Shown in pieces: positions 47,701-60,899 of a stretch of 64,000 bases of DNA. A model generated the notes under the pieces. That model ran no database searches. It saw only the letters and a list, made by a program, of their open reading frames with translations, and was not told where the DNA came from. How positions within the stretch are numbered: position 1 is the first letter of the stretch; every line of letters begins with the position of its first letter. This DNA comes from Botryllus schlosseri. Its lineage: Eukaryota. The DNA is taken from NCBI GenBank assembly GCA_051294905.1, contig CM119372.1, forward strand, positions 4,094,001-4,158,000, written 5' to 3'. The position numbers and the translations under genes were made by a program.

Positions 47701-50700
47701 TAGGTATGTGGGACGTACATGACAAAGATTGTTTGAACGGATAACGCAACACATTCCCAAATTGATTCGCTCAAAAACTTGCGCAAATGACCGTACGGAA
47801 TTCGCACGACAATGCAAATCAGCCGCCAAAACCGACTGTTACGACGATTACCAAGCATATGCTTCGGCAATTGGCCAACATTTAAGTGAGAACCCTTCTT
47901 GTGATCAAAACTATAATGACCAAATGTTTACTGTCATTGCGCGAGGCAGATCCTTGTTTCATTTGAAAGCCCTAGAATCAACAATCATCCAATAGGGTCC
48001 ACCAAACCACTAGGTGTCGCCAGACTTTAGGTGGTAATCGCCTTTGTTACGTACGCGGTTGCCGTATTCAGAAACCTGTAGGTGACTTTCTCGATTGTGT
48101 AAGGGTATTTTATATGGAAAAAATGGCTACAACATATTCGACGGGGACCGTGAGCTCGCTATAAAATGAACTAAAGCTTCGGAAAGCTTCTACGTAAGGA
48201 AATAAGGCCGATTTGATAACTAGGTGAGAATGTGAAATTATCAACTAAATATCGGCTACCAGCTCAGCACAAGAAGTTTTCGAAGTTTTAGTTCATTTTA
48301 TAGCGAGCTCACGGTCCACGTAGAATATGTTGTAGCCATTATTTCCATATAAAATACCCTTACACAATCGAGAAGTAACCTACAGGTTTCTGATAACGGC
48401 AACCGCGTACGTAACAACGGCGGTTACCACCTAAAGTCTGGCGACACCTAGTGGTTTGATGGACCCTATTGACCAAGCCTATTTTATGTAGACAAAAAGA
48501 TTTTCTGTATAACTTACAAATTTCCCATTAGTGCGTTCTAATTCGTGTTTGTTATTGTTTGGTTTCAAAATGCTATGTTACTTGTATCGTACTCTTCAAG
48601 TTTGTTATTGTTGCCATCGTTACATTGCGGACTTCATGGTATGTAACTTCTGATTGTTGCGTCATATTTCGCCTTTCTGCTCTTCATTCTGTTTAAATCC
48701 CTTTAGTGTGCCGTTAACTCTTGAAAAGAGGCACCCGAAAAGTCTTCGAGTTGAATAAATATTTTACTACAATGGATGTTGTATTGAAAACTATCTTCAA
48801 GTTCTGTACCACAAACCAACTGTTCATATATACAATGTTCTTTCCAGATCTAGTTACTGACAAGTGATAATCACCACCCCTGACGAAAGTCGGGCTAAAT
48901 ATTCAGGGCTACTTGGCTACTTCAATATAAATATAATATAGTCACTGTTATCAGTCACAAAGAACGAGGTAATGTAACGTAATACCACCTACCCATAGTT
49001 TCAGTCTCGACATTCTGGATTCGATAAAATCTTCCTCGAACCGACCGGACGCCTGCTTTTCAGGTAACCGCGGCACCACCAACATCGGATACCTCTGCAC
49101 CAATCGGTCATACAACCAATCGAAATGTTTGTACCTCCTCTCGACACTGACGTTGGTATCGCTGGGGGTGAGTTTGTATGCGACGAAACTCTTTAAACCT
49201 GAACGTAATTGGAAGCGACCATTAAGAATTGGCTGCCTCACTAAAATATAATGTAATAAACAACTAATTTCTTCCATCCTAGGTGAAGTCAGAAAGTCAT
49301 TCTGTTTGTAACAGTGCCTTATTTCTACTGCCACAGAGCGGGTTTCAGGCTCAAGGCATCAAGACTTCTTACAAGTATTTTTATCCAACTTCCGCCTAAA
49401 CTATTCATGTGATGTGACTCATCGATGCCCACTGGCCAGTAACGAAGTTAAAACATACTGGGGTACTCCGAGAACATAATTTCAAAGAAGTAGAGAAAAT
49501 TGTCTATTTGTAGGCCTACTACTTACTCAATCGGTAACGTTTTTAGAATACTGATAGATAACTTTCGGCAGGACAACTTACATTTTGCAGTTTGGATTTT
49601 GTAAAATGCAAATTAATTTCATCTAGGGATATGCATGCTGGTGTGACAAACTATAAATTGTGATGTTTGTGGAAAAGGATCGTACTGATAATAAGCATAG
49701 TGGCATAAAAATAATAATCGTTAGGCGGTTAGGCCCTTGTATATCAAACAGTCAGCTTAACGTCATATTATAAATATTCATGCATCACATGTATGAGTGA
49801 TAATGTCATAACAACTGGGTGAAAAACCATTTGTATCAGTGTATATTTGTATATTTATCAAGATTCTACCGATAATTCGTAGAGTCATCAGTCATTTTGC
49901 GTTAGTCACGGAGAGGCACCCTGCTATTTCAAAACCAGACACCTCTGATTACAAGCTCAAAGTATCAGTCCCGGTCAACCAAATCTAAGTTTCAAAACTA
50001 CGTACTTGAAAACTTTTGCTACCTTCGTTATCTGCTCCTACTTGAATTATTTTTGACGTGACACTGAAATTGCAACTTCCAATTGCAATTGAACTAGAAA
50101 TTTTATGCCTGAACTTCCAGTTCACCTCTCATTTTGCTTTTGACAGACGGATCTTCGATGGCGCAAGAAAACGTATGTCCGCTTGTTTTCCAGTATGCTG
50201 TGCCGTCGCCCGTGTACGTGATATGGACCTGAAAAAGCAGCACCTCGTAATCTTTCCGGTTCAATGTAAGGGTGGTCAATTGGCGGTTGTAATGGGTTGC
50301 TGTATTAAGCACCATACACTTGCATTGTCTGTTCTACATTTTGAACACAATCTGTAACTAGAACTGGGCAAAATGATTCAGGGTTGTAAGTTACAACTTG
50401 TAACCAAGTCACAAGGTTCCGAGTCACAAGTCAATCTCACTTTTACAATTTTGACTCGAGTCAAGTCGAGTCATTTTCAATTCACCACCGAGTCCGAGTC
50501 CGCTAGTAGAGTGCCGAGTCTGAGTCATAGCATTTTGACTCGAGCCTGAGTTCAAGTAATTGTGTTCAGTTTTCAGTTCACTCCGGTTCAACCCATATTT
50601 TTTAACTCTGCTCGAGTGATATCCAATGGCTCGCATTCATAATATCGTAATTTTCCTAACTCTTCAACAGTTTCTGGCCCTATTTTCCAAGTATCAGGAC

Positions 50701-53700
50701 TGATTGACGAAGTACCAATGATGTGGTAACTTTACTACTCTTCGAAGTTATAAGGAAATGTCTGTCATGGCCGTCCTAGTCTAGAGTCATATGACTTGGT
50801 CTGAGTCACGATCGATGACTCGAGTTCATGTAGAGTTAATACATTTGAAACAATGAATCGAGTCAAGTCGAGTCACCAGAATATAATGACTCGAGTCGGA
50901 ATCAGATCGAGTCATGACTCGAGTTATTACAACCCCGTGAGAGATACGCGAAGACTGGACTCGACTCGTAAGTCAAATATTCGATTCAGAAATGAAGAAA
51001 ATTGGCCAGGTGTAAATGACCATAGTAGTTGACAAAGCTATGAATACCATAAACAGCAACAACAACAAGTTCACTGAGGTTATTATTGGTTATTGCTTTC
51101 ACTTTCATTACAACATCTATTAAGCACGAATACATTACATACTCGAAGACCGTTCAGGTGCCTCTTACCAAGGGTTATCGGAACACTAATGTGATTCAAA
51201 ACAGATTCAAAAGTGAAACCAACATACGAAAGTATCATGTTACAATCAGAATTACAATCCATGAAATTCACATTGTGACAATGGTAACGACTTTTCAAGC
51301 ATATGGTACATGGTGAACAAGGATAAACAGAATGTGCTACTAATCATGTAGAATTGAAACTCTATTGGAGAGCTGCGAAAATTGATTCTCTCTCACACAT
51401 GGAAACTCTATTTATGATGCCTATTCCAGCAGTGAGGAAGAACCCAAGAAACTACACGGAACACAATAGTCATTTCCATAACATCCGTGATATGAGTTGC
51501 CTGAGCCAACAATTGAATAATAGTAAACATAATACACCAGAATTCACCATAGGCTAACGATTATAAAGCATAATATGGAGGCGATTCCGTGTAACTTTAT
51601 TAGCAAGAATATCACTGTGGCAATGTAACCGAGTACGCCTAGTGCTTAAAATAAGGACAGTCAATGTTTACACTTTACACACATCGATGAGAGGGTATTT
51701 TTAGATCATTCCGAGTTCTCAAATCACTGACAATTGCCTTACTTGGTCTGATTGGCGAACTCTGGCATCTGCCTTCCCTAGGATGTACGCTTCCCCTCCG
51801 TGTTTAACAAACGATGAGAAACGATTGAAGTTTTTCCCCACAGTTCCTGTTACTTTGCTGGAACCCCCAGATCGGTTGCTATCTTCCACATTAGTGACAC
51901 TGACGGTAGCCCTTCTGCCGAGCATGACAGGCTGCTATGAGAAAACAGAGGTTAACAACCGGAGTTGAAAAGCAGAATGAATGGAGTCCAACCCAAATCA
52001 CATTGTGTAATCAATTTGATCAAGTGCCGCATGCAAAAATGGCTGAAATTGGGCTGCACTTACGGTACGCACCATGGCAAGAGTGTATTTTACAATCAAA
52101 CACATGACTAATTGCAATTTTCAATTGAATCTCAATAAATTTTGATTCAGACACCAACAGACAAAGCTTCTCTCTACAAATCACGGGCAATGACTGTGCA
52201 CTTGTGCAGCTCTAAATCTGTGATGCATAATATTTACATATGCTGTCAAGCACACAATGCTGCATAGGGATAGAGGAATAGAATGTGATGTTGGTATCAT
52301 TCCATCTTACTACACTAACTGGGTTATATTACACAAATTTTGTTGGTCACAGCACACTCCATTGTCTACACAGTCAAATGTTAGCAAAAAGACCACACAC
52401 AAGACAGGTAATGAGCACACAATTAGAGCAAGATCACTCCAGACAAACTATAGCTAGTATATTTCAGTGTCATTCAAAATGGGTCATTTCATAGTAAATG
52501 GTATGGTTACGAGATATTAGGCCTACTATTCATCAAAGAGACCAATGGAATTTGATATACAGGCGGTCCTACAACTGTGGTAACTTCATTGTGATCTACT
52601 GGTACTATTTCAGATATATTACCGTAGACCTTATTGTGGCGTTTTGGGTAAGTAAGCGGCATATTCTGGGGTTATTGTATAAGGGTAGGTACCAGTTGGC
52701 CTATTCAACTTGTAGATGATACACACGACACCAACATCAGTAGGTGAGCCTTGCAATAAATCACAAATATAGTTACTGAATATAATAAATTATCATTAAC
52801 GTCATTGATTTGCAGAAGAGGAACAAAAACAAAGGACTATTTTCTTTGTGTGGGAATATCTGTCACATATGAAATCTTTGTGTGGAAGACAATAAACCTC
52901 CTCAAACAACAAACTAAAATCAGATAAAGAGACTTCATCAATACCCGTGAAAGCCTATTGAGGAATCTTTATGAATATCTGAACAGTACAGATCTGGTTA
53001 AATTCTAGTACAAAGACATTACAGGCACTATCTTGTCTTCTGTTAAGCAAGTTACGTAAGAAGCACAGGGATAATATCACATCATTGACTTTGAGAAGAT
53101 TCATTGCAGTCCTAGTGACAAAATGGCCCATACTCTACTATAACAAATATCATATGTTCAATATCATGAAGGATATTTTTAGTTTTATACTGACACATGG
53201 GAACATGATATATTCAATTCAATTCAGCCAATTTGAGAATATACACTACTAAGTTCCTAAATTTATGAGTTACATTACAAACCAAGCCTTTGTTGACAAA
53301 TTTCATAACTATGATGGGGATGGTTATCATGGAACAGGACACTGATTACTTATGGTCACAATCGGCGTTGGTTGAGTAAATATTGATAGCAACATGTCGA
53401 ATTATTTTGGTATAGTTTATAGCTATAGATTATAGCTCCTTTGAAAAACAAAAGCAGTCCCGAGAACAAAGCAAGAAGCAACAGCGTTTTGAGAAACAAA
53501 AAGACAACTTTGCATCAGAAAATCTGGAAGTGTCGCAACAGGCCTCAGGCAAAATAAGATACATAATTTTTGACTACTCATAGGGAATGTTTCCTTTCAA
53601 AACGTGACACACCGGCAGGGTTTACTCGACAGCATATTGTCATAAAGAAACATTTTGCACGTGTCATGACATCATTTGATACTTCCTGCTATAGGAATCA

Positions 53701-56155
53701 ACTGCGAACAATGCGAGCTGTGATATTTGCATCGTAATCCAAGTTTTGGAGTTTTGTGTTTTGATGATATCACACAAGTCCTGAGCGAGATTCCGGCACT
53801 ATTGATTAAATTTGCACATTACAGCACGACATTCTATGTATGAGAGATGATAAAACACGACAAAAAGTAAACACAGGTGATAAATCAACAATCAAAATTT
53901 GTACACGGGTCTGATTAGTATCTACCAATTTCTACATTCATAACCTCATCTTTCTGATGTCTTTGGCTATTTTTTCTACCCCCATATGAATATACGGTAG
54001 TCGATGTTGAAAACCTTCTCGTCTGTACATGAAGAAACACATCCCCCTATTGTGATATACTGATTCAAAAACACCCGCCACTTAAACATACTCACATTAT
54101 CAATTGCAGTTACATCTGATTGTCCGTCATCCCAATCTTCAGACCATGTATCCGTATTGTCATAGTTTTGTGGCTGATCACCGTAACCTTGATTATTTGT
54201 TTCACTTTGGTAATAACCGTCTGTGGCTGTGTCTTGATATGTATCAGCGTGCGGTGGTGCAGGGTAATCGTTATAGGAATTTTGTTGCTGAAATATAAGG
54301 CATCACAATCAATTTTGAGAATCAATTCCAAAGGCTACAGCTGTGTTTGAGTAATTTTCGATGACAATTTATAATAATTTTGACATGAAATCAGAGAATA
54401 TAAGGATATATCCTGGACATATTGTGGTCTCAAAACCATCATGCCCACAAAACTTTTGATGAACGCATTCAAAAGCATCCTAGTGCCTTAGGTAGGAAGT
54501 AATCAAAAATATACTCAAAGCCACTCTGAATTACGAATATTGGAATCAGGAATCAATTGCTGGCAGATTTCGCAAAATTGTCGCATCATTGAAGCCTTGA
54601 TGGAAGAAATCAATTTTGTTTTGGTACAAAATAATACATTACACTACAATAGTGCTCATGTATTGAGTAAGCCTGGAAAATTTGAAATAAAATCGGACTG
54701 ACTAATTTTGTTGAATGTTGTGGATTATAATAAAGAAACTTGATTGACTCAACCTTATACACTCGCTAAAACTATGGAATCAAGAAAATATCACGGCCAA
54801 GGGTCTATCTGTGACCCGAGAGTTGACATGCCAGCCTCAACTGTGTCCTTCATACAACAGGACGGACAGTTCCAAAACTTTTTGAGACATTTCCCCCTTG
54901 ATAATATTCCAAAATTACGTGCCCGGCTTATTGCTCAAATCGTAAGATATGAAGAATCAATTGCAACCTACCATGATATGCTAGTATGTAACTGTTTTGA
55001 GGAACCAGGCTTTACTAGATACATATGTCTTCGACTGGTCACTGGATATACACACTAGCACTCAAGGTTGGTACCGGTAACAGGTTTTTATCAGTTTCAA
55101 ATCAGCATAGATTTTTATCAAACAAGTAGGCCTATTTTTTTTCTTCTATTTTTTTAGAGAAACTCAGTTCCAACGTTATCGAATTTGCACAGAGTACAAG
55201 AATCATTGGATTAATTTCTATTATGGATAAAAGGAAATTTTCAGTCAGAGAATTTGTCCTCCACCATGTCAAATAGCTTTAAATATCTCAAAGATGAACA
55301 GAGCCTAACCCCCACTGCCTAATATAAGGTGAGCAGCGATGATTCTACAAGTTAAAGTATGTTAGTAAAAAGATAAAAACATAGTGTGAGCACAGGACAC
55401 CGATTCCATACAGGAGCCTAACAGTTTCATCTAGCATTCAATCAATGAAGACAATGAAACTTCTCAGTTCATTACCAGTAACAATTAGCTCCGTTTCACA
55501 TTGAGAGTAGGCCTTATGTTTCGGTAAAGACTATAGCCTACTGCTGGTCACAATAATTCCTTTGAATATGGTACTGAAATTAAAATTATGCGCTCGTTGC
55601 AACTAAGACAGACAGACAGACAGACACAGACAGAAGTTTATTTTCATGTGTAAGAAAGTAATGCTGTGAAATGGTGGCCAGCGATACGACCTTCAGGCCT
55701 TCAAGTCAGCTGGTCACAAAGTTGGTTTATCAACGGAAATTATATTTTTGATAGTATTTTCCACTGTAGGCTATTCCACGGTTTCGTGAAACCTCGATCG
55801 CACGCATCACAGCATATAAAACATATAATTTTAAGCCACGACCCTTAGTGGAAATAACATATCTGTGAAATAGTGATCACATAGCGTTGTCACAAAATGC
55901 AATGAAATGGGTATGGTCGATATAAAATACAAAATTATCTTAAATTCAACTTACCGCGATCTCATTTTGTTCGACAGTCATTTCAACATACGATTCCGGG
56001 AAGAGACCCGTTTCCCCACTTGGAGTTGTCCCTTCCCACCAACCATCTCCGACATCAGTTTTTAATACTGTCACAACATCACCTTCTCGTAAGCATATTT
56101 CTCCATTACCGGGTATTCCGTCAAAATCATATATCGCAGTAGCTCTTTGGGTCAT
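41742..56155 (-). CDS. SNX18/33-like: Sorting nexin SNX9/18/33 family (SH3-LC-PX-BAR). Exons: 56155-55955, 54287-54096, 51934-51743, 50228-50126, 49198-48993, 46340-46115, 44079-43900, 43354-43233, 42578-42456, 41894-41742
   Basis: SH3 (AIYDFDG..GDGWWEG..GLFPESYV), acidic WSEDWDD, TVGKNFNRFSSFVKHGGEAYILG, PX (RRYKHFDWLYDRL..LPEKQASGRFEEDFI), BAR (WKMAKRKAEKDELLGANFF..AEVTHFHKERVLDFK); all introns GT-AG with consistent phases. Confidence 0.93.
45136..45973. mobile_element. MITE at a TTAA-like site (Kolobok-like)
   Basis: TIR ggggactagcaacccaaaaa / tttttgggttgctagtcccc; flanks ttga and ttaa. Confidence 0.7.
46420..46745. repeat. Short palindromic interspersed element (fragments also near 42960 and 48850)
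   Basis: attttcgactgacactcgtcagg / cctgacgagtgtcagtcgaaaat inverted pair. Confidence 0.55.
46873..48822. mobile_element. Second Penelope-like insertion: inverted 3' fragment (46873-47320, minus) fused to a truncated copy (47321-48822, plus)
   Basis: ORFs 47339-47722 and 47729-47995 match the GIY-YIG region of the 6000-7394 element; 46873-47320 is the reverse complement of its own 3' end; a decayed third tail at about 51100-51340. Confidence 0.9.
47994..48467. mobile_element. Palindromic MITE with apparent 2-bp AT duplication (ISL2EU/Harbinger-like)
   Basis: agggtcca...tggaccct ends, about 190-bp inverted arms; empty site ccaattgacc is seen in the inverted Penelope copy (47204-47213). Confidence 0.8.
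50379..50937. mobile_element. Diverged copy of the CAGGGTTGT GACTCGAGTC-rich MITE (fragments also near 26300-26430 and 59740-59862)
   Basis: Colinear with 19643-20226. Confidence 0.8.
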
Positions 56156-57679
56156 AATCGAGTGCCTTCGGTAACTTGAGAATAATATGTCACTATACGT
56201 AAACTTTCAACTTATATATATAATTCTACAATATAAAATCTGACACAAAACAACATCATTAATAATGAAATAATCAGCTGATGTATGATGACAAATCCAC
56301 AGAATGAATAAGCAAAATACATTAAACAATTTATCAAGGTTTTGGTAATCTTTTCCCCCAGTCGTATCGTGCATCATGAACGGCAATCGACAAATGACTT
56401 GCAGAAACCGTAGCACATTGTAAGAAAGGATGGTTCATTTCATTCTATACTGCATTTCACACCCATCAGATTATTATTCACGCAATAGTTACCCACGGTG
56501 CGCAATCAATTACCTCACCTTATACCCAGGAAATATGTTATAATGCAGAATTTCTAGTGCATTACTTCAACCGTCGAGACTACCGATATAAATATAGTGC
56601 ACGAAACTAATATCTCAAGACTCGTAAGCAATCTTTATGTAGCATTTCGCGTTTGTTTATTTCGTCCTGCAGTGGCGCAATTTTTAGTTCGCCTGATAAA
56701 TCCCATTCTTATAACGCCGACTGAAGCGGCTGGTCTTTGTTGAATAGTTTTTCTACTTTCGCAGAAAGAGTAAGTTATTCAATCAGGTTTCACCACGATG
56801 ATAAAGGTGGATTATGTGTAGCCCTTTGTATTGGCTATGAAAATATATAGTAGTCTGTATCCGATCAATAATCGGCGGTACTATTATTCTCAGCCGATAA
56901 ACACATTGTAATAACCGTCAAATTATATATTTTCATCCGAAAAGCACCCAATGTACAATGCCACACACAAGGCGATGTAACGAACAGGGCGGATGACGAA
57001 ACGACCAGTTGCTGTCTTAGGCATCCACCTCGGCGTAGTGTCCGGCAGTCACTCGATGTTAATCTTTATTCAGCGATGCACATGTGGTATAATGCGATGT
57101 AATGAACAAAATGAGAATGCGAAACGGCCATGAGACCACGACCATGTGCGGTGTATCAAGGTAACAACCACCTGGGCTTACTGATATTAGCGCCCCGTCC
57201 GACAACACGATATTTGACGCTTCCTCGCTCTTCCCTTGTATGTTGTATGCGTTCTTCGTGAGGAGGGTTGGTGTTCTTGCCTTGCAAATATAGTCAAAGA
57301 TTGAATTAAGTGGCGGTCGAAACCGCGGTTAGTGTGGATTCCTCTCCATCAATTTCGCCAGCTCCCAAATTTTGTTCATGCCAGCTGTTGTGTTCAGATG
57401 GATCATACCCACGCGTGGCCTCGTCCACCTATCCCTGTCCTTGTGCCGCGGGCCAAATCAGATCTACAGAGAAAACTTTACGACTAGTGAAGAAATGTAT
57501 ATTCGGAATACATGAAGGCCCTTCATGAAGGGTCGTGATGATGCATCCCACTCTTTTAAAACCACAATCCTTAGTGAGGTTCCTCTATTGCGCAGCGTTT
57601 GTCATCTCGGGCGGTAAATTTGTGTAGTTTGGATATTATACAATATAAATCGTTGGCCCTGGTGAACAAAATAATACGG

Positions 57680-57867
57680 TGAGCGAGATAGTGTAATGGT
57701 TATGCGTCCGGCTTCTCGAGCGGTAGGTCGTAGGTTCGATCTTCGGCCGGGTCATACCAAAGACTAGGGGTGCAGACTAGATGAGCTCATGGGGACGTAT
57801 CGCAACTTCGTCGCCAAAGCATCTCAATGGTGCAGGCGAGAAAGAATATCATATCTCTCTCTCTCTC
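57680..57867 (+). mobile_element. tRNA-derived SINE (Meta-like), internally deleted third copy
   Basis: tagtgtaatggttatgcgtccggcttctcgagcgg..gggtcataccaaagact, then jumps to the 3' part and (CT)n tail. Confidence 0.85.
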
Positions 57868-58409
57868 GGCACAGGGAAATATGGACCACTTGGGTTACTA
57901 CTAATAAATAGAATACACTGGTATAACTGTATAGTGTATACCTTTCGCCATGGTGTAAAAAGAATAGCTGCGGCGTCAGAGCACTCAGCATTCCAATTTT
58001 TTTTCTATAATACTGTTTTTCGGTTATGACTAAATAATTGGAAGAAACACGGTTGCTCTCGGAGATTTCTTCGTCCTCTTTTCATGGCCTACGGTTTTTT
58101 CGCCTTTACTTACAGAGCTCTCGTCACTATCGACGTCACTTCACAGTTCGGACGTCCTGTAGATACTACCATAGCACAGTAACCACGGTCGATTCACTGA
58201 TCTGCGGTATTTCTGTAGTTATCTAGCATACCGTAGGTTACTTATCCATAATGGAATACCTGCTTCTGTTTTGTGCTATGAAATGATCTTCTGTAGGCTA
58301 CTTTTATGACAACTTCTGGTCTCAGTTTTCCTATGTCTAGTTCAATGACAATCGTTCTTTTCTCAAGCACGTTATGTTATAAGGCACCAATCAAGAAGGA
58401 ACTTTGGAA

Positions 58410-60643
58410 ATGGGATTTAGCGTCGAGGAATTCACATCAACTCTGAAAGAGATTGATTCACCACTCCTCCACGAATATGAATTCTTTGTGCAAAGTCACA
58501 ATGTAAAAGTATACCGAAAGTACTCGAACGTACGTATGTAATAACGCACACTGTTTACAATTAATATAGCACTATACTGCTGAACTATTTTCCTCGAAAT
58601 AATCATATATGAATATTTATATGATATGCCACTCTTTTACATGATTTTTTTTGTATTTTGTTACCACACATCGGAGTCGATGCCTCTTTTTAAAATCTAA
58701 AATCATGCTGTATAGTAGGGCTGTTCAAAAATAACCTTTTTTCCTGAATCTTGCAGGTTACTTGATTAAATCGTTAGGTTGCCTTAAAAAACGACCCACA
58801 CCAAATTTGAATTCATTCCAACCAATATTCACGGATTTCGTAGAGTTTGAAAATTTTGAATTTGCCTAAAAATGTTTCAAATTTTTCTGCCAACCCCATG
58901 AAATTGTTGCGCTGTCTTCAAAAACGATGCAGAACAAATTTGACTCAATTTGAAGCCGTACAAGTGGATTTATTTCAGTTTTTCTTTGATAATTCTGGGA
59001 TTATCCTTGATTGGTGGATCATCCCAGAATTATCATCAAAAAACTTGAATAACCCAACTTCTACAGCTTGGAATTGAGTCAAATTTGTTTTCCATTGTTT
59101 TTGAAGACAGCGCAACAATTTCATAAGGTTGGAAGGAAAATTTGAAATTTTTTTTTGCATTTTTAGGCAAATTCAAAATTTTCAAACTCTACGAAATCCG
59201 CGAATATTGGTTGGAATGAATTGAAATTTGGTGTGCGTCGTTTTTTAAGGCAACCTAACGATTTAATCAAGTAACCCGCTAGATTCAAGAAAAAAGCTTA
59301 TTTTTGAACAGCCCTTCTGTATAGTCATTTAACCCAGGTCCCAGGATATTATAATAGGCAACAGACGCAGGAATGCGAGGCGGGTTGTTGCTCGCTCGTA
59401 CCTTGGCGAAGAATTTGAGTCTGAGTTATAGTGTTCACATTTCATTAACTAGTTCTACTCATGTTTTTGAAACTCTTGGGTGATATCGAAGGCCTCACAA
59501 TCATAATATACTCATTTTTTCTTGAACTCTTAACATGTTTGTTCACACAGATAAAGGACAGTTTTTGCGTGTGTGTGCCTAGATATTCAATTCAATTTAT
59601 TGCTAAAAATTTTATTATTTCAATACACCACGATATCTTAGGTCATGGTCCGGTAAACTAGAGGGCTAACTATTGTATATTTCAAAGTATCCGTCCTGAT
59701 ACACTAAGACCTGAATGAATTCGCATAGAAGGTCTTGAGTTGAATGACTCGAGTACAAGTCGAGTCAAGTCAATGCACAAGCTGACTCAAGTCGAGTCAT
59801 TTTCCAGTTTTATAGAAAGGCTCGAGTCAGCAAAATTTGCGACTCGAGTTATTACAACCCTGCCTAATACACCTAATATTTTGTAGGAGTCTGGTTTGTA
59901 TCAGTACAAAGTGATTGGCGAGATAGAAGTTGAACCAGAAACATGCGCCGAGGTATATATGGATCTTGAATACCGGAAGACTTGGGATAAATATGTATCA
60001 GGTATCTTGTCATTGTCAAAGTAATTTCCTAGTATGAAACTATTATACGTATTTTTTACAGAATTGAAACACTTGTCCAACGGAGAAACGGAGTATATCT
60101 ATTGGGACGTTGCGTATCCCTGGCCTATGTCACACAGAGATGTATCCTTTTGCAGGCAACATTTCACAAAACGTTTTTTGTACTACGTTAACTGATTTAC
60201 ATTATCAATATTTTGATTGCGATTAGCCCCTTGACTTACGTCATTTAGTATGTTTATCGAAGACAAAAAATGCAGTTCAATGAAAATGGGACACCAAGCT
60301 GGGTAATTCTTGGATGCTCGACAACCGAAGACGATATGAAAGCCCTTGGAGAGATCCCCGAGAAGTCCGGTGTCATTAGAGTTGATGACTTCATTCAAGG
60401 GCTTGCGCTTACCAGCAATGGAAAAGGAGGCACTAAGGGTAAGTTTGCCTTTTTTGCGTATATTACAATGGCATTGCCAGGAACTATTCTTTTCTTTTAG
60501 CCTTCATGCATTATTACGATAATCCGAAAGGTAATATACCGACGATGCTCATAAACTGGGCTGCTAGCACTGGTGTTCCGGATTTTCTCAGTAAGATGGA
60601 AGCGGCCTGCAAGGGCTACAAAGATTATAAAGCGTCATTGTAA
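58410..60643 (+). CDS. PCTP: Phosphatidylcholine transfer protein (START domain, STARD2). Exons: 58410-58529, 59887-60001, 60062-60141, 60249-60438, 60501-60643
   Basis: MGFSVEEF..VKVYRK / SGLYQYKVIG..YMDLEYRKTWDKYV / IYWDVAYPWPMSHRD / YVYRR..EKSGVIRVDDF..GKGGTK / AFMHYYDNPKGNIPTMLINWAASTGVPDFL, colinear with vertebrate PCTP from memory. Confidence 0.93.
58716..59316. mobile_element. hAT-type palindromic MITE (family of 5399-6002) in PCTP intron 1
   Basis: tagggctgttcaaaaataa ends; TSD ctgtatag at 58708-58715 and 59317-59324. Confidence 0.9.
60142..60248 (+). other. U12-type (minor spliceosome) GT-AG intron in PCTP
   Basis: 5' splice site GTATCCTTTT; branch-point-like CCCCTTGAC 13 nt before the intron end; joins ..SHRD|YVYRR in frame. 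Confidence 0.85.
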
Positions 60644-60899
60644 CAGTTTCTTACATTTTGTGAACTGTTTTCACATCAATCTGGTTAAATATGTTAATTG
60701 CATGGTTCTGTAGCACATTGCATTGTTTAGAATGTTAGACGCTCGTTGTGTGTTGTCATTGCTATTTTCAAAATATATCTCTATGCACGTTTTCTTTCTA
60801 TATAATAATGCCGAATCATACAATAAATGATTCTGTCTTTTAACTTGTGCCTTTCTGGTATGGGATGTTTAGCAGAAGAACGTATATTGTGTACAATTG

